DNA of 64,000 nucleotides from an uncultured Candidatus Saccharibacteria bacterium (GCA_964494105.1 CAZBQI010000002.1:18936-82935); one strand, 5' to 3'; positions 1 through 9,832 are shown, numbered from the stretch's first letter. Notes: a model not told the origin generated them from the letters alone. Translations and numbers: made by a program.

Positions 1-237
1 CCTAGCGGCTCATACATCAGCAAAGTTTCGTTAACAGGCAACGAGAAGGAGCCAGTAGAATTGCTTATAAATGTAGACTCACCCGAAAAAGCGGGTGTTT
101 TACGTAACGCACTAAACGCCTCTGAGCGAATAAAGAGCGTCGATGTTCAAAGCGTCAGCAAAAACTCGGGCTCAACAGGCTATGTCGTGGAAATTGTTAT
201 TGCGTTTGAACCAGGTGCCATACGATGAAACCCAAAG
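1..237 (+). CDS. 3' end of a truncated upstream ORF, possibly a PilN-like pilus assembly protein
   Basis: Frame 1 reads through without a stop from the window edge to TGA at 235-237. Its stop overlaps the ATG of the next gene at 225. The PilN identity rests only on operon context with the PilO-like gene. Confidence 0.3.
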
Positions 238-779
238 TTTTAACATATATACTAATTCTTATTTTGGTGGCCATACTTGCTATTGGGTTTGGGGGGTTTG
301 TGTACGGACAAAGCATTCTAGATAAAAAGGTCCAAGATATTCAAAAAGTCAGCGCAGATATTAAACTGCAAACTCAAGAATTGGAGCATCTGGCTAAGCT
401 AGAAAAGAACTACCAACTAATTGCTCCGCTTGATAAAAAAGCTCAATCAGTCTTACCTGCACAAAAACAGCAAAGCGAAGTCATAGCCCAAATTTCAACA
501 CTGATTAGAAGAAACGGGATGAGCGTGGATGGTCTAACATTTGAAAAAACAGCAGGGCTGCCAAGTGAAAAAAGCCAGACTCAACCAGGACAGGTAGGCG
601 GAATTTTAGTGATGCCAGTAAAGTTCCAGGTCACAGCTACCTACGCTCAAATGATCGGACTACTAGCGAGTTTTGAGCAACAACAAAGATATATGCAAGT
701 AACAAGCCTCGACATTACTCGGCAGGAAGATCGATTACTGGTACTAAATATGAGTGTAAATGTGTTTTTAAAGCCATGA
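225..779 (+). CDS. PilO-like type IV pilus / competence pilus assembly protein
   Basis: 184 aa. N-terminal TM helix (LTYILILILVAILAIGFGGFVY), then a coiled-coil segment, then a C-terminal amphipathic domain, which is the usual PilO layout. Confidence 0.45.
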   Translation: MKPKVLTYILILILVAILAIGFGGFVYGQSILDKKVQDIQKVSADIKLQTQELEHLAKLEKNYQLIAPLDKKAQSVLPAQKQQSEVIAQISTLIRRNGMSVDGLTFEKTAGLPSEKSQTQPGQVGGILVMPVKFQVTATYAQMIGLLASFEQQQRYMQVTSLDITRQEDRLLVLNMSVNVFLKP

Positions 780-1048
780 TTAATAAGGTAATAAACATTA
801 TTATAAAATATAGAATAATTATTTTATGGTCATTTATATTGCTGGTTTTCGGTCTTACACTTTTGAAGTTTAGAGCGATAAGCAATCCAACCCCAGATGA
901 TGATTACCTTCAGTCCAAAGAGCAGAGCTACCAGACCGATAAGATTAAAATCAAAGACAGTGTGCGCAAAGAAATTGAGAAACTAGAAGACACTCAGATA
1001 AACACAGACCCCGGACAGGTTGGCACAACTGACCCGTTTAATCCCTAG
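776..1048 (+). CDS. small membrane protein, hypothetical, possibly a pilus operon component
   Basis: 90 aa with one TM helix. Its start overlaps the stop of the PilO-like gene by 4 bp. Confidence 0.3.
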   Translation: MINKVINIIIKYRIIILWSFILLVFGLTLLKFRAISNPTPDDDYLQSKEQSYQTDKIKIKDSVRKEIEKLEDTQINTDPGQVGTTDPFNP

Positions 1049-1089
1049 TTGAGAAATATTATATCGCAAATAAATATGCTTATTGGTCT

Positions 1090-1674
1090 TTAGGGTTTAT
1101 CGGTTGTCGTTTCGCTGTTGCTAGAAACAACTTCAGGGCTAGACGCATGAGAGAATTTCAGTGAGTGGCGCCGTTCTTCGAAGGCCTCTTTAGTACTTAT
1201 AATCTGATTACTGATGAAGCTTGGGTTTCTAGCTAATCGAAAAATAAAGTTTTGTTGCTCGCCGGCAGTTTCAACTGTAATTGTTCCGAAATTAAATAAG
1301 TTCGAAATAAACCCTGGCTGAGTTACAGTCACATCTTCTATATCATCTAGGCTTAATTGTGACACTTTGGTGGCAAATGGCGTTAATTGCAACCGTTGAA
1401 TTATGCTCTCTGTGGTCAGTGTAAGAGTGTTGTTTCGGTAAATACTTATTGCCAAATAGGTTATCGTATAAACCAAAATCAAGACGGCGGTTGCAGTTAA
1501 GATCAACATTGGCGTGCCAAACTGGCGAAACAACTCCGGATTAAAGCCTAACTGATATAGAAAGTAAACATAGCCCACAAATGCCGCCATCATAAAAATA
1601 AAATACGGTAGCATCCCGAAAACGGTTCGACGAACAATAAGCACAACTTCTTCATCAGGGTCAATCTGTAACAT
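1090..1674 (-). CDS. membrane protein with bacterial PH domain (bPH_2, YdbS/YdbT-like)
   Basis: Two N-terminal TM helices are followed by a roughly 80 aa soluble domain (TVTQPGFISNLFNFGTITVETAGEQQNFIFRLARNP) typical of bPH_2. Confidence 0.5.
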   Translation of the reverse strand: MLQIDPDEEVVLIVRRTVFGMLPYFIFMMAAFVGYVYFLYQLGFNPELFRQFGTPMLILTATAVLILVYTITYLAISIYRNNTLTLTTESIIQRLQLTPFATKVSQLSLDDIEDVTVTQPGFISNLFNFGTITVETAGEQQNFIFRLARNPSFISNQIISTKEAFEERRHSLKFSHASSPEVVSSNSETTTDKP

Positions 1675-1710
1675 TCAATTATTATACACTATTATTCTTA
1701 TATTTGCAAC

Positions 1711-2730
1711 CTAAAGTAGTCCTGGCTGTTTAGATGATTCATTCTTAAAACCTAAGTGGCGATATGCTTTTTTAGTTACCTTTCTGCCTCGCGGGGTTCT
1801 TTCGATTAAGCCAATTTGCATTAAATATGGCTCGTATACATCCTCAATGGTAGAACGCTCTTCAGCTACTAGGGCTGCAATCGTATCTACGCCAACCGGC
1901 CCGCCTTTATGTTTTTCGATGATAGACAACAACATACTCCTGTCGCCACTGTCTAGACCAAGCTCATCAATTTCCAAAAGTGCTAAGGCTTTTTTAGCAG
2001 CTTCATCGTCAACAGTGCCATTGCCTTCAACTTCTGCCATGTCTCTAACTCTTCGCAATAATCTATTGGCCACTCGGGGAGTAAGCCTCGCACGAGTTGA
2101 AATTAATTTTGCGGCAGACTGATTCATCTGCAAATCAAGAATTGAAGCGGATCGTTTAAGAATTTCTAAGATTTCACTATCTTCGTAAAAAGCCAAGCGG
2201 TGCACTATTCCAAATCGATCACGCAAAGGTGCCGAAAGTGTGCCCACTCGGGTAGTTGCGCCAATTATTGTAAATTTTGGCAAATCTAGGCGCAATGACC
2301 GTGCAGATGGTCCCTTGCCAAGCATTATATCTAGACGAAAATCCTCCATTGCCGGATAAAGTACTTCTTCGACCGTACGCGGAAGGCGGTGTATCTCGTC
2401 AATAAATAGAATGTCGCCATCTGAAAGATTGGTTAATAGAGAAGCTAAATCACCGGCACGCTCAATCGCCGGTCCACTGGTTACTTTAAGCTCTACGCCC
2501 ATCTCATGTGCAATTACACCAGCCAAAGTAGTTTTCCCAAGTCCAGGTGCACCATAAAGTAAAATATGATCTACTGGCTCACCTCGCTTTTTTGCTGCCA
2601 TAATTGCCAGCTTCAGATTTTTCTTGGTGGTTTCTTGTCCAATATAGCTAGCGAAATCTTTTGGCCTGAGCGTTACCTCTACCAGCTGATCCTCTGGCTC
2701 ATCGATGGTATCTATAATTCGTTCAATCAT
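1711..2730 (-). CDS. ruvB: Holliday junction branch migration helicase RuvB
   Basis: Walker [14 protein letters not shown], a DEIHRL sensor, and a winged-helix C-terminus. Full-length 339 aa. Confidence 0.95.
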   Translation of the reverse strand: MIERIIDTIDEPEDQLVEVTLRPKDFASYIGQETTKKNLKLAIMAAKKRGEPVDHILLYGAPGLGKTTLAGVIAHEMGVELKVTSGPAIERAGDLASLLTNLSDGDILFIDEIHRLPRTVEEVLYPAMEDFRLDIMLGKGPSARSLRLDLPKFTIIGATTRVGTLSAPLRDRFGIVHRLAFYEDSEILEILKRSASILDLQMNQSAAKLISTRARLTPRVANRLLRRVRDMAEVEGNGTVDDEAAKKALALLEIDELGLDSGDRSMLLSIIEKHKGGPVGVDTIAALVAEERSTIEDVYEPYLMQIGLIERTPRGRKVTKKAYRHLGFKNESSKQPGLL

Positions 2731-3284
2731 TTGCCCAGCTCACGCAGTGCCCACTTAATTCGATCCTCGTCGCTATTAAGTTCGCTGGGCATTTTTGCTA
2801 TAACCTCATGAGACTGGACGGTAGAATAGCCAAGTTGCGTCAGCGCTTCGTATAATGACGTATTGGATTTACTGCTTAGAATATCGACATTGCTACCTAG
2901 CTTATTGCTTAAGTCGACAATAATGCGCTCAGCAACTCGCTTGCCAACACCGGATACGGTTTGAAGTGCTGCGATATTACCAGAGCGTATAACATCACTT
3001 AAATTTTCGACACCGGATACTATCGCTAGAGCTACTTTTGGCCCAACACCGTTTACGCTGAGTAGCTGCTCAAACATACCTTTGTTAGCTTTGTCGGTAA
3101 AACCATACAAATCATGCGTATCTTCACGTATATGTTCGTATATAAAGTAGTTTTTGGTCTCACCTAGCTTGAGGCCAGTAATCTCGCTAATGGGACAGAA
3201 TAATTCGTATCCAACCCCGTTAACATCAAGGACTAAACTTGATAAATCAATATTTGCAACTGTACCCGATAAGGTGGCTATCAT
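2727..3284 (-). CDS. ruvA: Holliday junction DNA-binding protein RuvA
   Basis: N-terminal OB fold (MIATLSGTV...[11 protein letters not shown]) and HhH motifs ([26 protein letters not shown]). Overlaps ruvB by 4 bp. Confidence 0.9.
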   Translation of the reverse strand: MIATLSGTVANIDLSSLVLDVNGVGYELFCPISEITGLKLGETKNYFIYEHIREDTHDLYGFTDKANKGMFEQLLSVNGVGPKVALAIVSGVENLSDVIRSGNIAALQTVSGVGKRVAERIIVDLSNKLGSNVDILSSKSNTSLYEALTQLGYSTVQSHEVIAKMPSELNSDEDRIKWALRELGK

Positions 3285-3292
3285 CTTTCACA

Positions 3293-3766
3293 TTATGAAG
3301 TGATTGTAGCGCCGTGACAAATGGCGATGGCAATCGCATCAGCTGCGTCATCAGGTTTTGGTATGCTTTTTAGGTTCAGGATTGTCTTTACCATTTCTTG
3401 TACCTGGCGTTTATCGGCCTTGCCATAGCCTGTTATGGCCTGCTTCACCTGTAGCGGCGTGTACTCTGCTAGTTCTAGCCCAAACTGAGCACCGAGTAAA
3501 AGGACAACACCGCGCGCATGACTAACAGACATCGCAGTAGTGACGTTCTTAGCGAAATATAACTGCTCGACTGCGATTTGGCTCGGCTTAAATTCTTGGA
3601 TTAGCGTATTGAGTTCGTTAAATATTGTTAGTAATCGTAAATCTAAGGCTTGTTTGGCTGGAGTACGTATAACACCTGCTCCCAGCAAAATGATTTCGCC
3701 CTTTTGTTGATCAATTACGCCAAAACCGGTTATAGCGGTGCCGGGGTCTATACCCAGAATTATCAT
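3293..3766 (-). CDS. ruvC: crossover junction endodeoxyribonuclease RuvC
   Basis: Begins ILGIDPGTAITGFGVID, the RNase H-like fold with the catalytic Asp. 157 aa. Confidence 0.9.
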   Translation of the reverse strand: MIILGIDPGTAITGFGVIDQQKGEIILLGAGVIRTPAKQALDLRLLTIFNELNTLIQEFKPSQIAVEQLYFAKNVTTAMSVSHARGVVLLLGAQFGLELAEYTPLQVKQAITGYGKADKRQVQEMVKTILNLKSIPKPDDAADAIAIAICHGATITS

Positions 3767-4504
3767 CTACATACTCTCGATAATTGAGGTATCGATATCG
3801 GCGTTATTTGTCGTATTCGATACATCATCGAGTTCTTCGAGAGCATCGATTAGATTTACAATTTTTTGGGCAGTCGATAATTCACCAATCGGCACTGTTG
3901 TATTAGGCACAAACGCCAGCTCAGCAGATTCTATTACTTCACCAAGATCTTCGAGTTTTGAGCGTATATTGTTTAGCTGATTGGCTGTTGTATACAGCGT
4001 TAGGGTGCCTTCATCCTCTTCGATATCATCAACACCCGCATCAATGGCGTTGAGCATGCTGGTATCTTTATCGCCAGGCTTAAGAACAACTATACCTTTT
4101 TTACTAAACTGAAAGGCCACTGCCCCACTTTCGGCCATATTGCCCCCGCCTTTATTAAAGGCGTTGCGTACATCTGAAAGAGTACGATTTTTATTATCAG
4201 TTGCGCACTCCACGATAACTGCAACACCGCCCGGCCCATAGCCTTCGTAGACGACTTCTTGAATCTGTGCGCCCCCTAGCTGGCCACTGCCACGCGCTAT
4301 AGATTTTTCTATATTTACATTTGGCATATTGGCAGCCTTGGCTTTATCTATAGCTAGCCGTAACTTAAAGTTCATTTCTGGGTCAGCACCATCCTTGGCG
4401 GCAATCGCGACAGCATTTGCTAGTCGAGTAAACTCAGCCCCACGCTTGGCATCGGCTGCGCCCTTTTTTCTTTTTATAGAATGCCACTTGGAATGACCAG
4501 ACAT
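3767..4504 (-). CDS. yebC: YebC/PmpR family DNA-binding transcriptional regulator
   Basis: Begins MSGHSKWHSIKRKKGAADAKRG, the conserved YebC N-terminus. 245 aa. Confidence 0.9.
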   Translation of the reverse strand: MSGHSKWHSIKRKKGAADAKRGAEFTRLANAVAIAAKDGADPEMNFKLRLAIDKAKAANMPNVNIEKSIARGSGQLGGAQIQEVVYEGYGPGGVAVIVECATDNKNRTLSDVRNAFNKGGGNMAESGAVAFQFSKKGIVVLKPGDKDTSMLNAIDAGVDDIEEDEGTLTLYTTANQLNNIRSKLEDLGEVIESAELAFVPNTTVPIGELSTAQKIVNLIDALEELDDVSNTTNNADIDTSIIESM

Positions 4505-4541
4505 CTGATTTACCTCTTATAGAGATTATAACAAATAGTAT

Positions 4542-5303
4542 TTAGTCGGTCTTGCTAGCAAACACTACGGTATTGGCTAAATATTCGCCCGTTGCGCGAT
4601 TGAATTGACCACCACATGTAATAAGCCTGAGCCCCGCATATTTAGTATTGCCATAGACTTGCTCTGTAGGAAAGTTATCTTGCTGAAACTGTTGCACTCC
4701 GTCTACTTTAAATTTCACTATACTTCCGTCGGCACGCGTTACTTCTATATTATCGCCGGCTTTTAATTCTTTGAGCCGATAAAAGATGGCGGGACCTTTG
4801 TAGTTATCAACATGCCCCACGATTATACTTGGTCCGGTTTGGCCAGGCGTTGGTGAATACTTATACCACCCAGCTACATCATATGCATCGGGCGTCTCTA
4901 ACGTGCCATCTGCTTCTGTACCTAGTGTTATTAGATTTGTACTAATTCCAACACCGGGAACGCGCAAGGAAACAGGCTCTGACCTTGAAAGCCCATTAGA
5001 CGATAAATTACTTGGCGCCTGAATAGCCTGCTTTGGCGCTGGCAAGGATCCGCTAGAGACCACTGGGCGTTGACTATAGAAGCCAAAATATACCGCTCCT
5101 AATATCCCAATAACTAGCAACACTGCCGTTAGAAAACTTTGGCTGCTAAACGGCAAAGCAATAGTTACTGGTATTGGTTTACTTTGGTTCTTTTTTTCTG
5201 GTAAATAGAAAAGCAGCAGCCAGCCAAAAGCCAGCTGCTGCCCGAAGAAGATAACATCATCAAATGTAAGCTGTAGGTGCAAACGCTTGATGGTTGTCTT
5301 CAT
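4542..5303 (-). CDS. sortase family transpeptidase
   Basis: N-terminal TM anchor. Catalytic His (IIVGHVDN), active-site Cys in LRLITCGG (the TLxTC motif) and a downstream Arg (NRATGEY). Confidence 0.75.
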   Translation of the reverse strand: MKTTIKRLHLQLTFDDVIFFGQQLAFGWLLLFYLPEKKNQSKPIPVTIALPFSSQSFLTAVLLVIGILGAVYFGFYSQRPVVSSGSLPAPKQAIQAPSNLSSNGLSRSEPVSLRVPGVGISTNLITLGTEADGTLETPDAYDVAGWYKYSPTPGQTGPSIIVGHVDNYKGPAIFYRLKELKAGDNIEVTRADGSIVKFKVDGVQQFQQDNFPTEQVYGNTKYAGLRLITCGGQFNRATGEYLANTVVFASKTD

Positions 5304-5317
5304 TCGCTTTGCTCCTC

Positions 5318-5857
5318 TTATCCGCGTCGTAAACGCATGCGGATCAGACCGTATCCAGCGCTAGCGATAGAACCGCTGAAGCCAAGTAGGCCAAATGCGT
5401 TAGCATCTGCAGCGCCACCAGCACCAGCCTTTACTCCACCTTTAGGTACAGCTGCGACTTGTGTAGCAGTAACCGCTGCAGCCTGAGTAACGTTAGTTAC
5501 GTTATTAACACTGCAGTCAGGGTTAAATGTAACGCTAGCAGATTGGTTGTTACTTTGGTTGTTGCTTTGGTTGTTGCTTTGGTCAACACTTGGTGAATTA
5601 TCACCTGCGCCATTTTCCTCACCATTGCTTTGACCCAGGTTTCCCCCAAGGTTTAACCCAATGTTACCAGCAGTCTGGTTTACGCTTGTAACAATTACAC
5701 CACTACAGTTCCCGTTGACACTATAGTTAGTTGTGCTAGACGAACTAGCAGATTGCGCAGCTACCGGAGCTACCAATCCCATGGCCACGATGGCCGTTGC
5801 ACCGGCTGAGCCAAGTGCGAGTTTAATTTTAGACATTTTGTCCTCCTCCCTTTTCAA
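5318..5857 (-). CDS. secreted low-complexity protein with a C-terminal hydrophobic segment and basic tail (putative sortase substrate)
   Basis: Signal peptide, SNNQ x3 repeats, Ser/Thr/Asn-rich. The C-terminus FGLLGFSGSIASAGYGLIRMRLRRG resembles a TM anchor plus positive tail but has no canonical LPxTG/LAxTG. Strong upstream RBS GGAGGAGG. Confidence 0.5.
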   Translation of the reverse strand: MKREEDKMSKIKLALGSAGATAIVAMGLVAPVAAQSASSSSTTNYSVNGNCSGVIVTSVNQTAGNIGLNLGGNLGQSNGEENGAGDNSPSVDQSNNQSNNQSNNQSASVTFNPDCSVNNVTNVTQAAAVTATQVAAVPKGGVKAGAGGAADANAFGLLGFSGSIASAGYGLIRMRLRRG

Positions 5858-5981
5858 GGGTTATTTATTAACAACCTCAATATAGGCTTAATAAAGAGGG
5901 GGTGTCAATGCGCTTTTCTTTTATGCTAATGCTTATTTTTAGCTAAGCACAGCCATTATTATCTGACTAATGAAATCTACT

Positions 5982-7454
5982 CTACACGAAGTCAAAATAA
6001 TTATTCTTTATGTTTTTATCAAATTTTACTTTTTTTACCTTGATATACATAATAATTTGAACTGAAAATATAATTCCGTACATTGTAATTAACTGCCAAG
6101 GCAATAAGACCAACTGCTGACTAGCCCAAGATATCTGCGACAATTTTTCAATGCTGAAGACATTAAAGTGTAGTAGCCAACGCGCCGGCCAACCAATCCA
6201 ACCTGAATATACCGGGAACAACATTCCACTAAGACCTGCTAGAAAAGTCAGCAACATCGCTAATGGCACAAGTGGCAAAACTATCAAATTAGCAACAAAG
6301 GAAATTATTGAAACACGACTAAAAATGAATAGGATGAGTGGAAGTGTCATAATTTGAGCACAAAATGTTTCTATCGTTAGTTGCCACAACGCCCCAGGGC
6401 TTTTCTTTGGAAATAGGCGTGCCGAAATAGTGGGCGCCAAAATTAACACCCCATAGAAAGCCAGAAACGATAGATACCAACCAATATCAAACCAAAGGTA
6501 GCTGGGATTTAATCCGGCTGTAATAACTGCAGATACTAAAAGCAGAATACTGGCTTTTATAGTTCGGCCATAATACCAGGCAAGCAAGGCAATGGTTGAT
6601 ACTATAGCTGCACGCATTACAGAGGGACTAAGACCTGTCACCGCCAAAAAACTAAAAATCAATGCAAAAGAAATTGCCGTGGCTAAATACTTTGAAGATC
6701 TAGAAAATACCCGACGTGCAAATCTTACTAAAATTGTCAGATTGTATCCAGACACCGCAACTATATGCATCAGGCCAGTGATAACTAGTGCATCTTCGAG
6801 GCTACTTGGTAATAATGACCTGGTGCCAACTAGCAGACCCAGACCAAGCGAAGCCTGAACTTCGGGCAGAGCATTATATGTTCCAGCTATAAATTTGCTC
6901 CTTAATCTCTCAATATATGATTGGTTTCTGGCAACTAGCGAAATTTGCGCATAGTAAATTTGGCCTTGTTGATTGCCAAGTGAGGGTCGCAATCTGCCTT
7001 CTACCCTTATTACATCATTGCGATTTATTTTTGTCTTGGGGAAACCGCGCACCTTAATACGTCCCCCGCTGGGCACTTGTTCATTGGGTTTAGAAATATA
7101 TAAATTAGTTACCCGAAATTCGATTTGCTTTCTATCCGTTATGCTTGCATCTTCGGCAACCGTGCCGACAATCACTACTTTCTTGTTTAACTCACTCATG
7201 AGCGGAATGTAAGAAGATACTACACTTTGTCCTCTAGCTAGTCCGATATTTAAGAAAAACAAGGCCAAAACCAGAAAGAGAACCTTTTTGTTCTTAAGGA
7301 CCGCAATTAATACTATGAAGTTAGCCACTATTAGCTGCCAATTGGTTGCAACCCCGAAGCGTGACGCCCATAGTCCAAGCAGAAAAGTAGCGCAAGCCAA
7401 TCCTACTAGTCGAGATCTTGTCCAGTTAAATCTTGCAAACGGTGGTTTCATCAA
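5982..7454 (-). CDS. comEC: ComEC/Rec2 family DNA internalization channel (no beta-lactamase domain)
   Basis: N-terminal OB/DUF4131-like region, then a polytopic competence domain (HIVAVSGYNLTIL, FCAQIMTLPLILFIF). 490 aa. Confidence 0.8.
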   Translation of the reverse strand: MMKPPFARFNWTRSRLVGLACATFLLGLWASRFGVATNWQLIVANFIVLIAVLKNKKVLFLVLALFFLNIGLARGQSVVSSYIPLMSELNKKVVIVGTVAEDASITDRKQIEFRVTNLYISKPNEQVPSGGRIKVRGFPKTKINRNDVIRVEGRLRPSLGNQQGQIYYAQISLVARNQSYIERLRSKFIAGTYNALPEVQASLGLGLLVGTRSLLPSSLEDALVITGLMHIVAVSGYNLTILVRFARRVFSRSSKYLATAISFALIFSFLAVTGLSPSVMRAAIVSTIALLAWYYGRTIKASILLLVSAVITAGLNPSYLWFDIGWYLSFLAFYGVLILAPTISARLFPKKSPGALWQLTIETFCAQIMTLPLILFIFSRVSIISFVANLIVLPLVPLAMLLTFLAGLSGMLFPVYSGWIGWPARWLLHFNVFSIEKLSQISWASQQLVLLPWQLITMYGIIFSVQIIMYIKVKKVKFDKNIKNNYFDFV

Positions 7455-7540
7455 AACTATTTTATCGCTGAGTACAAACTTGGAAAAGCCGATTTCTAGC
7501 TATTCTATATGATGCGATAAGCTTTTATATATTTGTAATT

Positions 7541-7620
7541 GAGATGTATTGAGATGTATTGAGATGTATTTAGATGTATTTAGATGTATTTAGATGTATT
7601 TAGATGTATTTAGATGTATT
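7541..7620. repeat. 8 tandem copies of a 10-bp unit (3x GAGATGTATT, then 5x TAGATGTATT)
   Basis: Read directly from the sequence. It sits in the intergenic region between the comEC start and the racemase stop. Confidence 0.9.
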
Positions 7621-7706
7621 GGCATTTATGGATGCTAGCAACTCTAGTGGATAAGCAATCAGTAAATACAAGTTTACAATAAACCTGCTATAGCAATTTT
7701 TTACGC

Positions 7707-8399
7707 TCATGGGCTGTAGCAATAATTTGTGATGCCTTCAGCTAGAATTTCTTCAGAACTTAATACTCTCTTTCCAAGTACCTCGTAATCTAGTGCTAGT
7801 GGCAATTCAGTACAACCCAGAATTATTGCATCTGCTTTTTGGTCAAACATTGAAGACAAAACTTCCACATACTCTTTGCGTGCAGGTATTTCTTTGATGC
7901 CCGCAATGACACTTCTTATGACGATGTCACACGTTTCAATTTGGGCTGCATTTGGCTTTATCAGTTCTATACCGCGTTTTTCAAGAGCACTTTCATAAAT
8001 GCCGGAAGCAAGTAAAACAGGGGTGCCCAGCAGGGCAACTTTTGAATATCCAAGTAGTTTGCATCTTTCTGCAACTAGCTCAACCATCGATAGAAATAGA
8101 ATAGATACTTCTTTTTCTAGGTCTTGTAATAGAATATGTACCGTATTGCTTCCAATACACATTGCTTTGCATCCGGCACGTTCGAGTCCCTTAGCTGCTT
8201 CGATTAGCATTTGTCTCGCTTCTTCTAAATGCTTCTTGCTGGAAATAAAATCAGGCACAGGCACAGAAGCTATCAGCATGTCCGGATAGTCTTCGTTATT
8301 AACTGCACCGTGATTCGTTTGAGCCGAAGTTACTATCTTTTGATATAGAAAGGCCGTTGCTTGAGGGCCGACTCCACCGATTATTCCAATTCTTTTCAT
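7707..8399 (-). CDS. aspartate/glutamate racemase family protein
   Basis: Begins MKRIGIIGGVGPQATAFLYQKIV. Two conserved Cys regions (CIGSNTVH, ILGCTELP). Confidence 0.8.
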   Translation of the reverse strand: MKRIGIIGGVGPQATAFLYQKIVTSAQTNHGAVNNEDYPDMLIASVPVPDFISSKKHLEEARQMLIEAAKGLERAGCKAMCIGSNTVHILLQDLEKEVSILFLSMVELVAERCKLLGYSKVALLGTPVLLASGIYESALEKRGIELIKPNAAQIETCDIVIRSVIAGIKEIPARKEYVEVLSSMFDQKADAIILGCTELPLALDYEVLGKRVLSSEEILAEGITNYCYSP

Positions 8400-8643
8400 G
8401 TGTTAATTGTATCAAGAAAACAGAGGATAATTAGCTCGATTTTTTGTATAAGTCATTGAAGTGCCCCGCCTGTCTGGCGGACAGGTCGGGCAGACTGGTG
8501 GGATAAACGCTTCGCTACTCGCAATGATCGCATGCTCGAAGTAAACTTCTGCGCGTGCTCCCTGTGATCGAACCCGCCCTAGCTGGCGCTGGGTTCTCAT
8601 CATGTCATTCCAATTCTTTACTCACCTATGGTGAACAAAGAAT

Positions 8644-8720
8644 TGGAGGGCCTGGTGGGATTCGAACCCACGACACGCGGCTTAAAAGGCCGCTGCTCTA
8701 ACCAACTGAGCTACAGGCCC
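8644..8720 (-). tRNA. tRNA-Lys (anticodon TTT)
   Basis: Manual fold: acceptor GGGCCTG/CAGGCCC, D-arm GCTC..GAGC, anticodon stem GCGGC/GCCGC with loop CTTTTAA, T-arm GTGGG-TTCGAAT-CCCAC, CCA encoded. 77 nt. Confidence 0.85.
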
Positions 8721-8764
8721 GTGTCAATATAACAACACTACTATAACAGAGGTAGTTTGGCAAT

Positions 8765-9280
8765 TTATTTCTTACCCTTAAACTTGTCTGCGTTTGCGGC
8801 TTTTTTGTGCGCAAAACTATCGATAATAATTACAATGGCCATCGCGACCAATAACCAAACCCGGTAATAGTAGAGTTGCAGAGCAATAAACGAACGTTCT
8901 ATTAAATATTGCCGCCATTCATCGGGAATGTAGGCAAGAATGTTTGCAAGTAATGAAAGTGTAACAGTAGATACATATGCTACGAATTTGACAGGATTCA
9001 TCCGCCGCTTATCTGGCGTGTGGTTAATACCAAGAATAATTGTGGGGATTAGTAAAAGTGCGAGCTGCATAAAATTCACAGCATTTAAGCTATTAAACCA
9101 TTCAAACTTTGGAGCCAAAAATTCGTATAAAGGGGTAGCGACCGTTTGTGCTAACACCAAGCCAACAAACTGGCCAAGGCCAATATATTTTACATGGCTA
9201 TTCCAGTGCAAAATCAACGCAACCACGCCCATTGTAGAGAGAGTAATAATTATATCGATACTTATTTCAGGAATGCTCAT
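8765..9280 (-). CDS. polytopic membrane protein, hypothetical
   Basis: 171 aa with about 4-5 TM helices and a lysine-rich C-terminus. Confidence 0.45.
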   Translation of the reverse strand: MSIPEISIDIIITLSTMGVVALILHWNSHVKYIGLGQFVGLVLAQTVATPLYEFLAPKFEWFNSLNAVNFMQLALLLIPTIILGINHTPDKRRMNPVKFVAYVSTVTLSLLANILAYIPDEWRQYLIERSFIALQLYYYRVWLLVAMAIVIIIDSFAHKKAANADKFKGKK

Positions 9281-9331
9281 GTAAATACTTTCGCCTTATC
9301 TATTTGCTTATGTTTTATTATAGTGTAGCTT

Positions 9332-9832
9332 CTACTGAAAGCGTAGCATTGAGCCAATGCGTATCTTGTGTGTATCGATATAACCGGCAGGCAATTCGAC
9401 CACTGAATTTACCGGTATAGAAGAATAGTATACGTTCGGATAAGACGAAGGGCTGATGTTCCTTACCAAACCAACGACTTTTCCGTCTGCAGTAACCCAT
9501 AATACATCTATCGGAAATCTCATATCTTTCATCCAAATGCCACCGGGAGTTTTCTTCTGAAAACTAAGAATAAACGCTTGCCCGTCAGCTAGGCTATTTC
9601 GATCACTTAATCCTTTGGTGCGTTCTTGTTCGTCGTCTGCAATCTGGGCCTGCAGTACCCGACCATCCAACGTTACATTTCTAGTGGGCAGTTGTTGTCT
9701 GCGATCTAGCTTACCAAACAGCTGACTTATGGTTAGTACGGCAAAAAATATAATCGTGCAGGCGACAAACAGCCAAACCTGATTGCGTTTATTAGGCGCC
9801 AATGCGATCTTGTTTTTGCTTGCGTGAGGCAT
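9332..9832 (-). CDS. DUF192 (COG1430) domain protein
   Basis: N-terminal TM, then GLSDRNSLADGQAFILSF...GIWMKDMRFPIDVLWVTADGKVVG, which matches the DUF192 core motif pattern. Confidence 0.6.
   Translation of the reverse strand: MPHASKNKIALAPNKRNQVWLFVACTIIFFAVLTISQLFGKLDRRQQLPTRNVTLDGRVLQAQIADDEQERTKGLSDRNSLADGQAFILSFQKKTPGGIWMKDMRFPIDVLWVTADGKVVGLVRNISPSSYPNVYYSSIPVNSVVELPAGYIDTHKIRIGSMLRFQ

Noticed and set aside
5318-5857. Canonical LPxTG or LAxTG motif in the SNNQ-repeat protein
   Set aside because: The C-terminus has a hydrophobic span plus RMRLRRG but no recognisable pentapeptide. It is kept only as a putative sortase substrate.
7541-7620. Possible CRISPR array
   Set aside because: The unit is only 10 bp, perfectly tandem with no spacers. 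This is a microsatellite-type repeat, not a CRISPR.
8412-8603. 63-aa ORF on the minus strand between the racemase gene and tRNA-Lys
   Set aside because: No RBS, and Arg/Cys/Pro-rich low-complexity translation. The region is GC-rich and full of hairpins, so it is more likely non-coding structured DNA/RNA.
8400-8640. SRP RNA, tmRNA or RNase P RNA in the structured intergenic region
   Set aside because: On either strand I could not find the SRP GGAA-tetraloop/AGCAGCC motif, a tmRNA tRNA-like 3' end, or RNase P P4 sequences. The region is left as an unclassified structured element.
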